NCBI RefSeq assembly: GCF_964204645.1
Contig: NC_134036.1
Coordinates: 5,176,600-5,240,599, forward strand
Source: Tubulanus polymorphus
Lineage: Eukaryota; Animalia; Nemertea
DNA: 64,000 nucleotides
Reading direction: 5' to 3'
Part shown: piece after piece, positions 60,456 through 64,000 of the stretch
How positions within the stretch are numbered: position 1 is the first letter of the stretch
Layout: the number at the start of each line of letters is the position of its first letter
Position numbers and translations under genes: made by a program
The notes under the pieces: generated by a model
Told to the model about the DNA's origin: nothing
Database searches by the model: none
The model's input: the letters and a program-made list of their open reading frames with translations, nothing else

Positions 60456-63400
60456 TCATTTGTCTGTTCGATGTTGACTGTGTTTAATTTTTGCTCGAAC
60501 GGATTTCATATCGATGGTCAGTATTGTGTAAAGAAGGGGATTGAGGGACGAGTTGATCGGTAAGAAAAGAACCGCCAGCCAAGCCGCCACCTGATTCGGT
60601 ATTTCTACCCGTAATACCGCGCAAAACTGAACGATAATTAACGGTAGCCAGCAAAATAAATTACAAAGATTTATCACCAAACTCCGACGTGCCAAAACCA
60701 GTTCTGTAGGGTCAAATCTACCCGAACCAGATCTGCTTCCAGATACGAGTCTGTACATTTGCGCATAGGTTGCCATTATCGTAGCGAGTATGAATGTGTT
60801 GGATAATGAATAAATAACAAATGAATATTGCCAGGCATTGACATCGATTGAAATCAAATTCATAGGTAAACAAACTCCGGTTGTGCCGTAGAAATTGTCC
60901 CCAAAGTAAGGGATAGGTGTAAGAGGAAGCAAAGCAATAGCAAACAAAACAATCCAACATGTGCAACAAATAATGCACACATACCTCGGAGATTTAATGG
61001 GGTTTCTAGAAAATGGATCAACGATATTTGAGAATCTATGACGTGTCATTATGAGCAAAAACATTAATGATCCTTCACAAGAAATAGATACCACGACTCC
61101 AGCAAGACGGCAAAACGAACTGTCCGTCCATGATTCCGAATTGAGAAAGTAAATACCTTTAAAAACATAATCAGCTCCAGCGATCAGAAACAAATATATA
61201 GACATCATAAAATCACACACAGCGACATTAATGATGATGACGTCTGAAGATGGATTTGAAGGGGATAATCGAATCGCTGGAATGCGAAGAGAAATGACAA
61301 TTCCGTTAGCGATGAAACTGAATGAAGCTATGACCCATATGATAGCTCTGAGGGCTGTGTTGCCCATCAGATCAGAACAGGAGGAAAATTGATCAGCTTT
61401 GGGAAGGCATCGGTCAACATTCGGAGCCATGCAGCAAAATTTGTAAGCATCAGACTTTAAGGAGACTAATGATGTCAGATTGATGAAAACATTTCTATCG
61501 ACATAAATGACTTTGTAGTTGTCGGTTATATCCAGGACTTTTAGTGAAGTTAATCCAGAAAATGCGTATCGTGAAATATGATTGATTCTGTTACTGCTGA
61601 TATTCAACGACTGTAATGTAGATAAACCCCTGAACACATTCCTACCGAGCACTAACAACCTAAGTCCGTGAAAGTCGAGAATTTTTAATGACTCCAAATC
61701 TTTGAAGGTATCATCCTCTAGATGACGTAGTGGATTTTCAGTTATTAACAACTCCTTCAAGTTATACAAACCGGTGAATGTATCTGTAGATAATGATGTT
61801 ATGTTGTTATATGTAAGATCTAATGTATGTAGATTATGCAGGTTTGAGAAAGAGTTTGGTAAAATATCAGACAATTCATTGGAGGATATGTTGAGCATTT
61901 GCATGTAAATGTATGGAAAGAATGTCGCCATGTCCAGGATAATTTCGTTATTTGACAAAATCAATACTCGAGTTGATGCCGAGAAAAGGCCGGCAATATT
62001 TGTTAAACCAGAGTGTCCACAATCAATAAAATAACCCTGACAGTTACAGCCTCGAGGACACGTGGTGCTACAGAAAGCCTCGTCATCAATTGTATGCTTG
62101 CAATTCATGACACCATCGCAAACTTCAGTTTGAGGAATACAACGATTTTCCTGACCACATTTAAACATTCCCGGACATGAAAATCTCTCGCAGTTAAGTT
62201 CATCTTCTGAATTAGGACAATCTGAATGACCATCGCACACCTGTCTGATCGGTATACAGTACGATGCAGGACATTTTACAGTACCAGCTGGACATTCAAA
62301 TTCTTCACATCTCAATACGTGCTCAAGATTTCGACAAACTGGGAAACCATTCGTCATTCTCTCTAAAATACATCTGTTTCGTCTTGAATAACAATGAGGA
62401 GAATTGAAAGAACATCTTTGTTCATCAGATTCTGTACAGAGATTTGTGAAGTTAGTCGTACAGTTGTTTTCATCGTTGCACTGAACAGTAGGATTTACTG
62501 TAACGTTAGTAGTTGTTACTAATTCATCTTCTTCAAGGCTTCCACTACAATCCACGACACCATCCCGATACAAGTGAGAACTGATGCAATCTCCGCTGTT
62601 ACACAAGAACCCCTGACACAGTTGAGCAGGACATCCCATTTCATCAGAGCCGTCTTCACAATTAGTGAATCCATCACATCTGTTGGATACGCTGATACAT
62701 TGTCCACTGTTGCAGCGAAATTGCTTGGACAAACACGGGGGATGAATACAAGAGTTCTCATCAGAACTATCCACACAATCCTGTATGAAATCACAGAATC
62801 CACTGATTGATATAACGTGACCATCATTGCATTGAAACTGACTGTGTAAATTTATATCCGTACAATTAAGTTCATCGTCACCGTGTTGACAGTCGTGTTT
62901 AGTGTCACATACGCGATGGTCACTGATACATCTTTGATCGTTACATTTAAACTGCCACGATTTACAACCGCTTATAGAAGCTAACTCTTCATCAGTTACA
63001 TTGTATGAACACAAAACAGAATGCACTGTATCTGATTGATTATGCCAGGCTATCAATGCCCAATTAACTGATTGGTTATATGTTATTTCATTCCTGGTAA
63101 CAATTGGTTTTATTGTTCTCCAAAGGTTCCTAGAATCCTTACTTAGAATAGCGCCATATTGGTGCTGATATTGAAATCTGCTAATCAACTTTCCAACGTG
63201 ACTCAGATCCTGCATCTTCCCCATTCCACCACGGATGCTTTGACACATTTTTCTTGCACTTTTTACATCTGAGCTTTGATGTTTGTTCCAATCGGTCAAT
63301 ATCTGATAACATTTTCCAGCTATACCTAGCCAACCTATAATACAAGTTGAATTCATTAAAGAATTATTTAAAATGTGTGGTTTATTAGCTCGGAGTGTCT

Positions 63401-64000
63401 CATTATTTGTTGAATTGCTTTCTATTCCAGTTATATTTTTATTGATGTCGATTCTTTCTGTTTCGCAAATGAAACTCGTGTGAACCTCTTCGATTTCGCA
63501 GGGGAATCGAACCCAGTTCGCTGATCCTCGTGGATTATTCAGTATCATCGCTGTACACGGCATATTGACGTCGTTTATCGGTTGTTTCCTGAGAGGAGAT
63601 ATCAATCCTTGCATAACTTCTGGTATCGTGTCGTTATTTGTAGGTTCATACCACTCTGTGTAGCTCATTGGTTTTCCATCAGTCCACGTGTAATGACCAG
63701 TCCCAGGCTGAAAAGTTAACTACAGTCATTTAGCAATGTGTACAATTCACATTTACTGCGGTATGGCCTAAAATGAAATACTACCTGCAGTTTTAATCCA
63801 ATCATCATCATGAGCGCCTTCTGTGAATACGCTTCGTAGATCAGAGGTTTCATAGCGAATAACCTTTTAATGTTAATCACTTCCTGTTCTGAGTTGATAC
63901 TGAGTAGATGTCCCGCGTACTTCTGTTTACAATACAATTCAGCATTCTCCCAATTCAGTCGTCTATCTGTGATGTATTTTACGCATGAAATTCCCGAATC
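60456..64000 (-). CDS. GRL101-like GPCR, tandem copy 2 (5' part outside the window)
   Basis: Last exon 63707-60456, 77-nt intron 63784-63708, preceding exon from 63785 to the window edge; collinear with copy 1, same-length last exon and same intron position. Confidence 0.92.

Noticed and set aside
51824-62827. Short overlapping ORFs inside the two receptor genes (e.g. 53682-53966, 62519-62827)
   Set aside because: Alternative-frame or antisense by-products, repeated only because the host genes are paralogous.

Overview
Intron-rich eukaryotic (invertebrate, probably lophotrochozoan) DNA, not prokaryotic; most short ORFs in the track are artefacts, so genes were assembled by hand from splice sites and phases. 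From left to right: (1) a frameshifted class A GPCR remnant; (2) a two-exon minus-strand gene missed by the ORF track, encoding a 69-aa secreted 8-Cys peptide with CX3CX6CX3CX12CX3CX6CX3C spacing that resembles the nemertean neurotoxin B helical-hairpin framework; (3) a calexcitin/SCP-like EF-hand gene with three alternative first coding exons, all starting Met-Gly, plus one GC-AG intron; (4) SPC25 (minus) head-to-head with dymeclin (DYM, plus, 15 coding exons); (5) a decayed Tx1/L1-type LINE; (6) two tandem GRL101-like LGR receptors with a CUB + C-type lectin + LDLa + LRR + 7TM architecture (about 1931 aa; the second copy is cut by the window edge). Introns and intergenic DNA hold several dispersed tandem-repeat families (37, 40, 53, 60, 92 and about 110 bp), piggyBac- and Harbinger-like MITEs, and Penelope-like termini with minimal hammerhead ribozyme cores. 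Family assignments come from recalled motifs, not database searches.
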